Source of the DNA: Nitrosopumilus sp. | GTDB taxonomy: Archaea > Thermoproteota > Nitrososphaeria > Nitrososphaerales > Nitrosopumilaceae | Length of the DNA: 64,000 nucleotides | Assembly (NCBI GenBank): GCA_965205675.1 | Contig: OZ242186.1 | Location: 1,472,001-1,536,000 of the forward strand | Direction of reading: 5' to 3' | In this document: positions 55,296-64,000 of the stretch, one piece after another | Numbering within the stretch: the first letter of the stretch is position 1 | Layout: the number at the start of each line of letters is the position of its first letter | Notes under the pieces: generated by a model | Told to the model about the DNA's origin: nothing | Databases searched by the model: none | The model's input: only the letters and a program-made list of their open reading frames with translations | Program-made: the position numbers and the translations under genes

Positions 55296-56155
55296 ACAAT
55301 TCTATCAAAAGGCTTCATCACAGTAGGAATTTCATCTAAAAGATCCATAGAAGTCATATGTAATCCTAATTTTTTTTGAGCAGATTTACCTGCCAATCCA
55401 TTAATGAAAGCAGCAGCAGCGGCAGATTGTAAAGGGTTTCTATTATTAGATAATAATCCAGCAACCAAACCAGACAAAACATCACCTGTTCCGCCCACAG
55501 TCATTCCTGGTATTTTTTTTTCATAAAGATATGTGGTAGTACCATTAGATATCACATCAGTTGGACCCTTTAACAGAACAGTAATTCCAAACTCTTTTGC
55601 TTTGGTTTCAACAAGTTTGATTCTTTCAGTTTTACAATTTGAAGGAAACTCTCCAAACAATCTCTTAAATTCTCCAGTATGAGGAGTGACTACAACATTT
55701 TTGTTTGCAAGTAATGGAAGTATTTCAGGAATTAATGCACTAGCATCCAAAGATAATCTAACATCGCTATTCAATAATGCTTTTACAAAATGTAACAGAG
55801 AATTCTTTTCTTGGATGACAAGACCCATGCCAATAGTAGCAGAATGTAAGTTACAAGGAAGGGATCCAATTAATTTATTGGTAGCACCTAAAGTTAATTT
55901 TTGATCTACTAAAGGAATCACAATTAGATTTGGGGAAATAGCACGAGTTGAAGCGACATTAATTTTTGGAACAGAAGTATAAACAAGGTCAGTGCCACAT
56001 TTCAAGGCAGCAAGGGAAGACAAGATAGGAGCACCGTGATAGATATAACTTCCACCAACAACTAGAACTATTCCATTATCACCTTTCCTAGATTTGGATC
56101 TTCTTGCAGGAATGAATGTCCTGACTAGGGATGAGGTTAGAGATTTTCTCACCAT
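55292..56155 (-). CDS. nnrD: NAD(P)H-hydrate dehydratase
   Basis: KGDNGIVLVVGGS, DASA, TPHTGEF, GGTGDVLSG. Confidence 0.92.
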   Translation of the reverse strand: MVRKSLTSSLVRTFIPARRSKSRKGDNGIVLVVGGSYIYHGAPILSSLAALKCGTDLVYTSVPKINVASTRAISPNLIVIPLVDQKLTLGATNKLIGSLPCNLHSATIGMGLVIQEKNSLLHFVKALLNSDVRLSLDASALIPEILPLLANKNVVVTPHTGEFKRLFGEFPSNCKTERIKLVETKAKEFGITVLLKGPTDVISNGTTTYLYEKKIPGMTVGGTGDVLSGLVAGLLSNNRNPLQSAAAAAFINGLAGKSAQKKLGLHMTSMDLLDEIPTVMKPFDRIV

Positions 56156-56210
56156 GTAGTAGTCTTTAAAAAATAGATGAATAAATCTTGTTTCAAATGT
56201 GTGCTAACTG

Positions 56211-57131
56211 CTAGGTAGACTTTTTTGTAGATTTTTTTACGGTTTTAATGGTAGATTTTTTAGTTGTTTTAGAAGCCGTTTTTGAGGTATTTTTTGCAGG
56301 TGTTTTGATAATCGATTTTGAGCGTTTTTGTTTATCTGTAGAGTCTTTATTTCTATCAAAAAAGGCCTTTCGGGCAAAGCATAGATAGGTGGTATGGCCA
56401 ATTCCTTGAAATGAATGTCTAGTCTTTCCTTCTCGAGCTTCAATATTTCGAATGATGTGTTCAGTAGATTCTATATCTGTAAATTCATTTTCAACTAGAG
56501 CCATAGTTAGTTTCTCTAATTGATTCATCGTAGGACAAATTGCAAATACACCTCCACTTCCTTTTAACATCTGTCGAACTTGAGGAATCACAGCCCAAGG
56601 ATCGCCTAAATCAATTAATGCAACATCCATATCAGACAAGGGCATTTTTTTGACAGTTTTCAAATCCAAATTATGTTGTGTAATATATTTAGAGACGCCA
56701 GCTTTTTTGATATTTTTTTCAGCTATTTTCATAAAATTTTGATCAATATCAAATGTATACACATGGCCTCGAGGTTTTACAATACTTGCTACAAACGAAG
56801 TCAGAGAACCACTGCCAGTTCCAATTTCTAATATTTTTTGACCATCACCAATTCCGGCTCGTGTAACAATGTAACCAATATCTTTAGGGTATACAATTTG
56901 CGTGCCATGTTGAATTTTCATTATATAGTCATACAGGGTTGGCTCCAAAAGATAGACGTATTTATCCTTGTTTGTAGTCAACCGAGAACCATATTCTTTT
57001 CCAATTGCATCATCATGTTTAAGAATTCCAATATGAGTATGAAAAGATTCATTTTTAGAAATTTTTGCTAGCCATTTTTTAGAACTGTTATAAAAAAACA
57101 GTACATGAGAACCATTCTTAATTTTGGACAT
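56211..57131 (-). CDS. trmI: tRNA (adenine-N1)-methyltransferase
   Basis: TQIVYPKD, EIGTGSGS, DLGDPW, GHTTYL; Lys/Thr-rich tail. Confidence 0.92.
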   Translation of the reverse strand: MSKIKNGSHVLFFYNSSKKWLAKISKNESFHTHIGILKHDDAIGKEYGSRLTTNKDKYVYLLEPTLYDYIMKIQHGTQIVYPKDIGYIVTRAGIGDGQKILEIGTGSGSLTSFVASIVKPRGHVYTFDIDQNFMKIAEKNIKKAGVSKYITQHNLDLKTVKKMPLSDMDVALIDLGDPWAVIPQVRQMLKGSGGVFAICPTMNQLEKLTMALVENEFTDIESTEHIIRNIEAREGKTRHSFQGIGHTTYLCFARKAFFDRNKDSTDKQKRSKSIIKTPAKNTSKTASKTTKKSTIKTVKKSTKKST

Positions 57132-57558
57132 ATAATTGCCCTAGAAATTTTAGATAAGAATCTACTGGTTAATTTCAAAATGTTATTTACTTTAAGAGTC
57201 TAGATATTATGCTGATGATTATTTCAAGGGATTCTCTCTGATTTTCCTCAAATGTGATGAATGTTGCCGAATTATGAAGCTATTTTCTATCAAGTAAATC
57301 AAGTTGATCGGACGTTTAGAAAATTGACCCACAAGTAATCATTTTTGATTCTGGTTTTTTAACAGAAACATTGTCTTAAGAGAGATATTGAGTCAGAGAC
57401 ATCTCGCAGTGTTAGCTGGAAGAGCCCAATGCTCACATAAACTAGTTAATGCACTAGTCTCCAAAGTAAAGGAGACAAACTTTTTTTCCAGAATGCGCAA
57501 GTTAGAAACAATTCAAGTACAAATAGTATTTTAATACCAAGACAAACACCATAACAGA

Positions 57559-57879
57559 TTGACAGAAATTCAATTAGCAGGTTCAGGCGGATGGATTAAT
57601 GCAGACCTAAATGATGAACAAGTAGCAAAATCAAAACTTGTTCCAAATATAGATAAACATTTTTTGGCATCACTTGAAAAATTAGATACTGCAAAAATGT
57701 TAAAACATTTTTGTAAACAGTGTAATTTGGAGTTTGGCGGACCAACTCAGATTCAAATTGAGGAAAGCCCAAACGAGGATGTGGCAGATAACCTAACCCT
57801 GATAGAAAGGGGACAATACACATGTCATAAATGTAATTCGATTATTGGAGAATACAGAGTATTCCAGAAAAAAGAATAA
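57559..57879 (+). CDS. Zn-ribbon hypothetical protein
   Basis: CKQC...CHKC. Confidence 0.75.
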   Translation: MTEIQLAGSGGWINADLNDEQVAKSKLVPNIDKHFLASLEKLDTAKMLKHFCKQCNLEFGGPTQIQIEESPNEDVADNLTLIERGQYTCHKCNSIIGEYRVFQKKE

Positions 57880-57976
57880 TCCATGAATCATCAAATCCAG
57901 TTAATATGATTTTGTTATTTTTATGCCAGCCTAAATAATACGTATTCATTAAATACGGCAATTTTTTATAATTATC

Positions 57977-58114
57977 ATGTCAAATCAAAAATGCGTATCA
58001 TGTGGAATTGGTTTCTTTTCCCCAACTGGTTCAGACAAATGTTCCAAATGTGCAGGAAAAGAATCTCAAGGTCATGAAGGCCATGATTCCTGTGGCTGTG
58101 GACACAGCCATTAA
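57977..58114 (+). CDS. 45-aa Cys/His-rich microprotein
   Basis: Manual translation MSNQKCVSCGIGFFSPTGSDKCSKCAGKESQGHEGHDSCGCGHSH*. Confidence 0.7.
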   Translation: MSNQKCVSCGIGFFSPTGSDKCSKCAGKESQGHEGHDSCGCGHSH

Positions 58115-58160
58115 TTCTTTTTTTCCATAATATGACCATATTAAACTGAATGTGAGACTG

Positions 58161-58673
58161 ATGACAAAAACATCTCAAGAAATGAAAGAACAGGTTGAAG
58201 AATTTATCAAGATTACTAATATCAATTATGAGGATCAAACTGAAAAAGTTAAAGAAAAGAGCAAAATCATAGATTGGCAATTTCATGTAGGAACAAATGT
58301 CATAATTAGTAAGAACGTAAACAGAACAGATAGAATTCACATAAATGTAAATATGCGATTTTCATCTCAAGATTCAAAATTACTAGTAATGAAAAACCCA
58401 TCATTTTCAAAAGCAATTATGGAAATTAGTGAGATTTGTACAGCGTGTAATGTAGGACATCAATGGATTAGAAGAGAAGAGAACATTGCAGGTTTGGCAA
58501 TATTTTCCCATGTTGATGAGCAGATTCTAGATAGAGTTTCGTTTCACAATACATGGGATAATGTAGCAAGAGTATCAGGACATGTCCAAAAAATCTTGCG
58601 TTCAAATTTTAGTGGGTTTTCAGCACAAAATAACACTACAGACGCAACAATTGACAAGTCAATGTATGGTTAA
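58161..58673 (+). CDS. Hypothetical protein
   Basis: Clean ORF of about 170 aa. Confidence 0.7.
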   Translation: MTKTSQEMKEQVEEFIKITNINYEDQTEKVKEKSKIIDWQFHVGTNVIISKNVNRTDRIHINVNMRFSSQDSKLLVMKNPSFSKAIMEISEICTACNVGHQWIRREENIAGLAIFSHVDEQILDRVSFHNTWDNVARVSGHVQKILRSNFSGFSAQNNTTDATIDKSMYG

Positions 58674-58720
58674 GAACACACCGAAATGAACATACACTAG
58701 TAAAATACAGAAAAAATGAA

Positions 58721-59020
58721 ATGATTTCTTTTGAATATAGAATTCTTAGTGAATATAGAATAAAAATAGCAAAAATTGAAACACTTACTAAGTCCATTTT
58801 GTCTCATAGAAATCCCAAAGGAGATGAGGTAAAAGAAGCATCAGAATTTTTAGATATTTTGATTAACGAGACAGATGTGTTTTATAAAGATAACAGTACA
58901 ATATTATCAAATAATGGAAAAAGACCACATGCACGATCTCGTTTAACAGAAGTCAGAGAATGGAATGACAATGTTGAAAGATTCTATGAAAAAAATCCTA
59001 GACGAAGATCAAGAAAATAA
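58721..59020 (+). CDS. Hypothetical protein
   Basis: Clean 99-aa ORF. Confidence 0.7.
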   Translation: MISFEYRILSEYRIKIAKIETLTKSILSHRNPKGDEVKEASEFLDILINETDVFYKDNSTILSNNGKRPHARSRLTEVREWNDNVERFYEKNPRRRSRK

Positions 59021-59132
59021 TTGTGTTAGACAATTTGAAATGATTTTTGGATAACTAAAACATTTTTAGCTGTCAGGTTTAGTGCGTCTTGGATTTCTTG
59101 TTTGTATATAGTTTAGGCATACAAATTTTGAA

Positions 59133-59690
59133 TCAGTAGATGGGAAAGTACATCAAATTACACATTCTAGGAAATAATTATTTTTGTTATTTCTAAAGTA
59201 ATGAATAATTATCTTTACAAAGAAATATTTGAGAATTTCAATTGATATTATTGGTTTGTAATTTTTTACATTAGTTTCTTCTGAGATAATCAAATTAGCA
59301 ATTATCCATGCATTGTACAAAATCAATGAATAGTAAAAATACAACAATCTTATGGATTGATTCCCACTAGTAGTCTTTGGTCTGAACCTTCCCACACATG
59401 CATATCCTGTTTCAATTCCCCAACGTTTCTTGTAATCAGTTGGAATGTTTTGTATGTTATATGATATTTCTTTTGGTGAAACGTTTGTTGCAAACACAGC
59501 ATACTGATCAATAATATTTGATTTTTTTCTTGCATTTTTGTTTGGCAGAATAACTAGATTAAATGACTCGATGTGTCCTGATGATGATTTTATTGTGTAT
59601 GGCGAGATTGACTTTCTATCTCCATTAACGTATTGTACAATTGCATCTTTGATTCGAGAATTCTTTTTTGCAGGCATTAGAAATTTTAAA
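59133..59690 (-). mobile_element. ISH3/IS4-like transposase 3' fragment inserted in an IS630 end
   Basis: VFATN...YKKRWGIETGY motif; CAGTAGATGGG terminus. Confidence 0.8.
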
Positions 59691-60130
59691 ATAACATCTG
59701 TTGAGAGGATTCATACAAATATCCTTGGCACTCAAGTCCACTATGATTCAAATACAGAAAACACATCAGTGGATGGTGTAAGAAATAGTTGCCATGTTAT
59801 CCAAAATTCTGAATCAATTGATGCAAGTGATCGAGCATCACTTGATAGTACGTTGGGAACTAGAATAACTGTTGGCGGTTATCATACATAATCTCCCCTA
59901 TTTTTTATTAAAAAGAAGTTAACACATATTGAGACTCTATTATCCTGAAATTAATTCACCCCATCATTTCCAGACTAAAATCCCGATACGTATGAAACAG
60001 AGGCAAGAATCAAACTGGATGTTGCAAATTATATCTTTAGAAATCCTGCAAAGATGTTCACGAATTTTTGATCGTCGCTATAATAGGTTTACAATCAGCA
60101 AACCAAAATTCAATTTAAAAAAATAAAGGG

Positions 60131-61128
60131 TTAAGCATGAGAGCCTGTTACTGTTATAGTTGAACCAAGAGTGGACTCTAATTCAGCAGTGTCCAACACA
60201 TCATTATCCACATAATGTGATATGCTAGTGCATTTAGCAAGCCACGAAGATCCAACTAAACTTCCATGTCCGCCATAACTTCTATCATGAGTTTTTGTTC
60301 CAAATCCATTATGCATTTCCTCAGATGAAGATTGATGGTAACGCACAGAATTATGATCGACGTTATTTGTAGAACATACTTCAGACCAGAATCTTACTCG
60401 GTCTGGATATGGAATGTTTTCAATCTCCGTCGATACAGTACTAGGACCAAACTCAGTATCCCAAGTAGGGATATGAATAACATAACCAGCAATTTCTGCG
60501 ATTGGAACCAAATGTAGGCTTTGTTCTCCAAACTTATATCACTAGTATGTATTGGCATGATACCATCTGTAATTAAAGACGCATACATTTCTGCTTGTCC
60601 ACCACAATTAAGATCACTGCCTAGTTCAAAACATACAGAACTGACAGAATTATTGTTTATGACATCACTTGCATTTTTAGCTTGTTGTGCCCAGTAGTTA
60701 GGGTTTTTGTCTAATTCCTCAGATGTTACTACACCGTATATTTTCAGAGTTTCCATTAGTGCAAATAATTCAGCTTCTAAATTCTGGATTTTTTCAGCAT
60801 CATCATCTGCTTTTGCTTGTTGTAGATTTAATGTTAATTGACTTCCAATATCGATTAGTTCTTGAACTGTACTTTGGTATGGATTTTGTTCTGCTTTGAA
60901 TTCATTTATTGCTTGTACGTATTCCTCTTGCTCATCAGATGTCATATTTTGATAGAAATCGTGTTGTTTTAGAACTTCCAAGTATGGATCATATACATTA
61001 GCAACTGGTCCTATTTCATCTGTAGAGTCTTCCTCTCCGGGTTCACTTTGAGCAAAAACATTACTCATTCCTACAGGAATTAATAATATCAATGCTAAGA
61101 GTGGAATTGCGTATTTTATTTTATTCAT
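60131..61128 (-). pseudogene. Secreted protein gene split by a frameshift near 60510
   Basis: Signal peptide ORF 60394-61128 overlaps ORF 60131-60511 in another frame. Confidence 0.65.
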
Positions 61129-61164
61129 GTTATTGTATTGTATCTTAAACTATCCATATTTAGA

Positions 61165-61785
61165 CTGCAGTTTGTATCCAAATATCCCACCCTTTGATTT
61201 AGAGAAATCCCATTGAACAATCAGTATCAATTCCTGATATTGGTAAACGATTATTCTTCATGTCTGATTTGTGCCATACTGGACCCTGCTGCTTTTAGCA
61301 TGGAACTATCCCCTGATGCTGAATTGTTTTCTACTAATCCCTCTGAGATGAATTTGTTGCCCATGGTACTAATCATATCACTAATGGGTAGAAATCAAAA
61401 TCGTCTGTCAATAGTTCTTCTGTCTGGAATTCCGAGTTAATTTACAAACCTTGAACAATTTATCATTGATGCCTTTAGTCAAAAGAAAATAATGAAATGT
61501 ATTGTTGCTTGGAATTCTCATCCATGACTTTATGATGAACAATTGCACCATCTGGATGGTTGGATACACGTATGGTCTGCCGGCTCTGAATACGTCTTCA
61601 TACAGAGACAACATTCCCACCAAATGTAACACACCAATAAGAAATGATTCTGATAGAATCTTGCCTAGGAATTTTCATTTGTTTTGACATTCCAATGAAC
61701 AAAACATGATAAGATCCTTAGCTTTTTCCATTTGAATAATTTGAGAATTGACTCAAAAATTAGAATTAGTTATGCCCATGTCTCA
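61165..61785 (-). mobile_element. Truncated copy of the 23595 DDE element
   Basis: Same left IR, again next to ATTAAT; MLHLVGMLSLYE...; frameshifted. Confidence 0.85.
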
Positions 61786-61791
61786 ATTAAT

Positions 61792-62095
61792 TACACATCT
61801 GATGGATATGGCAAAATATCTTTTGATTCTACTAGCAATAATAACAATTCCTTGGGAGTTCTCAGTGCATGCAGAGCCACCTGTTTTACGAAATTCTGCC
61901 CAAATACGTTGAATATGTCTCTGTGTTACATTCATTTCATATGCAATTGTAGCTGTTCTACGACCTTGTTTACACTGTGCAATGATGTAACGTATTGATT
62001 TCTCAGTAAGATATTTCCTCATAATTTTAGATCGATATAGTCTATAGTATTCCTTTACACAATGTCTAATCTTAGGACGACCTAATTTTTATACA
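61792..62095 (-). mobile_element. IS481-like 5' fragment
   Basis: HTH IAYEMNVTQRHIQRIWAEFRKTG, cut by the neighbouring element. Confidence 0.6.
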
Positions 62096-62162
62096 ATAGA
62101 ATTCAAGATAAAATGAATAAGACATAATTATCAGGATCCAAGCAGAAATTAGCATATACCCA

Positions 62163-62405
62163 ATGGCTACAAAAACTACTAGTGTTAGTTTTTACATTGC
62201 AAAGGCGATAGAATCCATTGAAAAAATAGAGAATCTCAGATATGAAATCAATGCAATGGGAACGATTTTGGAATCAGATAACATGGATGTAATAAATTCA
62301 GCAACAAAACAAATGACAGAAACAGTTCACAATCTAGGCATTATCAGAGTAGAGGTAATAATCAAGATAGATTCAAGACAAGACAAAGATATCAAAATGG
62401 GATAA
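62163..62405 (+). CDS. Thiamine-binding/Ykof-like protein remnant
   Basis: TSVSFYIAKAI...YEINAMGTILE...IIKIDSR resembles MTH1187-type proteins; 5' end uncertain. Confidence 0.5.
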   Translation: MATKTTSVSFYIAKAIESIEKIENLRYEINAMGTILESDNMDVINSATKQMTETVHNLGIIRVEVIIKIDSRQDKDIKMG

Positions 62406-62434
62406 AGATCATATTCCATTAAAAAATAGATGAA

Positions 62435-63553
62435 TCAGAATTTTTTTAGAATGTTAAAGTGGGTATTTCGTTGTGCAGGAGTACGGCCAATCTCTTTTAC
62501 CATTGTAGCTAGTTCATTAACTGAAGAAGAAGTTGTTTTTCCAGCGGCTTTGTAAATTTCCTCAGAAAATGCAGTTCCCACCAAATCATTACCACCATTA
62601 GATAATGCAACTTGAGCAAGCTTCTTGCCATATGCCACCCAATAAACAGAAATGTTATTCAATACATTTGCAAGCATTAGTCGAGACAGTGCAATAACCT
62701 TCAAATCATAAACTGAAGAACATTCATTATTTACCAAATGTTCTTGCTCTAATTCAGTATTATCCAAACTAAATTTCAAAGGAATCAAAGTTAGAAAACC
62801 ACTAGTTTTCTTTTGCAATTGACGAATTTTAATTAGATGATCAACAATGTGTTCAGGTTTTTCAATATGTCCATAAAGCATGGTGACATTGCTTTTGATA
62901 TCCATGTTATGGGCCTCTTCAATGACATCAAGCCATTGTTGTCCTGTACATTTGCCTCGAACAATTTTTCCCCTAATATCAGGATGAAACAGTTCTGCAC
63001 CGCCTCCGGGCATCGAATCCAATCCAACATCTTTAAGACGAGACAGAATTTCTTTAGTTGAATTTTTTGTAAGTTTTGATAAATAGTAAATTTCAGCAGC
63101 AGTCAATGCTTTGATGTTTAGTTGAGGATGACTTTTTTTGATGGCCCGCATCATATCTTCATAATATTCTAAGGGGAGTTCGGGATGAAAGCCTCCAACA
63201 ATGTGTACTTCAGTTGCACCCATCTGTTTTGCAATACCAACTCTTTGTCCAATTTCTTGAGGAGTTAGCGTGTATGCATCATCTGCATCACCTTTACGAT
63301 AAAATGCACACATTTGACAGCTTGCAGCACAGATGTTTGTATAGTTCATGTAGTAAGAAGCTGCAAAAGTAACAATGTCATCAACTAGTTTTTTTCTAGA
63401 ATTGTCAGCTACTGCACCAAGTAAATGTAAGTTATCATAATTCATTAATTCAAGACCGTCTTTATAGGACAATTCTTCTCCAGCAAGAGCACGATCTAAA
63501 GCTTGTGAATCTCCAATCAATTTTTCTAGCATATTGATTCGTTTTTCCATCAT
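62435..63553 (-). CDS. mqnE: CofH/MqnC/MqnE-family radical SAM protein (probably aminofutalosine synthase)
   Basis: YTNICAASCQMCAF, VHIVGG, PGGGAELF, MLYGHIE. Confidence 0.7.
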   Translation of the reverse strand: MMEKRINMLEKLIGDSQALDRALAGEELSYKDGLELMNYDNLHLLGAVADNSRKKLVDDIVTFAASYYMNYTNICAASCQMCAFYRKGDADDAYTLTPQEIGQRVGIAKQMGATEVHIVGGFHPELPLEYYEDMMRAIKKSHPQLNIKALTAAEIYYLSKLTKNSTKEILSRLKDVGLDSMPGGGAELFHPDIRGKIVRGKCTGQQWLDVIEEAHNMDIKSNVTMLYGHIEKPEHIVDHLIKIRQLQKKTSGFLTLIPLKFSLDNTELEQEHLVNNECSSVYDLKVIALSRLMLANVLNNISVYWVAYGKKLAQVALSNGGNDLVGTAFSEEIYKAAGKTTSSSVNELATMVKEIGRTPAQRNTHFNILKKF

Positions 63554-63606
63554 GATATATTCCTTATAGTCTCAAGAGATAAGTAATCAGTCATAGTAGA
63601 TACATC

Positions 63607-63780
63607 ATGGTATTGCCTCTAGTTGATGAACACAAACCAAAATGCTACTTATGTCATGAAGGTTTTGAGAATATTGGGAAATTAAGAGAACATCAAAATT
63701 TAATACATAAAGATTTTTTTGAAGAAAACAAAAAGCAAATAAACAGAGAACCAGCTCCTGGCGATGTTACCGTATTTTAG
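63607..63780 (+). CDS. Small C2H2 zinc-finger protein
   Basis: Manual translation ...KCYLCHEGFENIGKLREHQNLIH... Confidence 0.75.
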   Translation: MVLPLVDEHKPKCYLCHEGFENIGKLREHQNLIHKDFFEENKKQINREPAPGDVTVF

Positions 63781-64000
63781 ATCTTTTTTCTTTGATTGGT
63801 TTTAACAATTCTTGAGCAATATCTTTTGAAATATTAGCCAAATCATAGTGTTTGTCAATAAACAGGGCTTTTTTGAAATATTTGATTGCGGTTTGAAGAT
63901 CACACATTTCCCCTAATGAAAGGCCCTTGTATGTAAGAGCCATGATACATTTTTTATCAATTTTTAAGGCAGAATCATAACATTGGATGGCTTCAAGATA
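63767..64000 (-). CDS. TPR protein, C-terminal part
   Basis: YLEAIQCYDSALKIDK...KGLSLGE...AIKYFKKAL; runs off the right edge. Confidence 0.85.
   Translation of the reverse strand, partial: YLEAIQCYDSALKIDKKCIMALTYKGLSLGEMCDLQTAIKYFKKALFIDKHYDLANISKDIAQELLKPIKEKRSKIR

Noticed and set aside
57135-57500. Possible decayed gene upstream of trmI
   Set aside because: No open frame or motif that I can identify.
1-64000. tRNA/rRNA genes, cas genes, reverse transcriptase or prophage genes
   Set aside because: None recognised by eye or in the ORF track.

Overview
AT-rich archaeal chromosome segment. CdvA, Alba, S25e, RpoK, proteasome beta, deoxyhypusine synthase, ThyX, the futalosine genes and a urease/DUR3 cluster point to a Nitrosopumilaceae ammonia-oxidising thaumarchaeote (inference). 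The very high load of IS elements and pseudogenes (IS66, IS481, IS630, IS5, IS110, ISH3-like, a MITE) would fit a host-associated lineage. Main result: five dispersed single repeat-spacer-repeat units, in which 30-38 bp of local chromosomal sequence is duplicated around a unique 35-37 bp insert. They lie in IS66, IS630 (twice), a secreted-protein gene and a prenyltransferase gene. This is the geometry of Cas1-Cas2 spacer integration outside any array, but no cas gene is present in the window. Other results: two tandem IS110 elements with homologous, covarying downstream bridge-RNA-like structures whose loops match the element junctions; a swapped IS66 target duplication suggesting a ~23 kb inversion; decayed ureE/ureF beside intact ureABC/ureD/ureG; nested IS elements; and a surface protein with near-identical 561-bp repeats. 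All repeat searches were done by eye, so more copies may exist.
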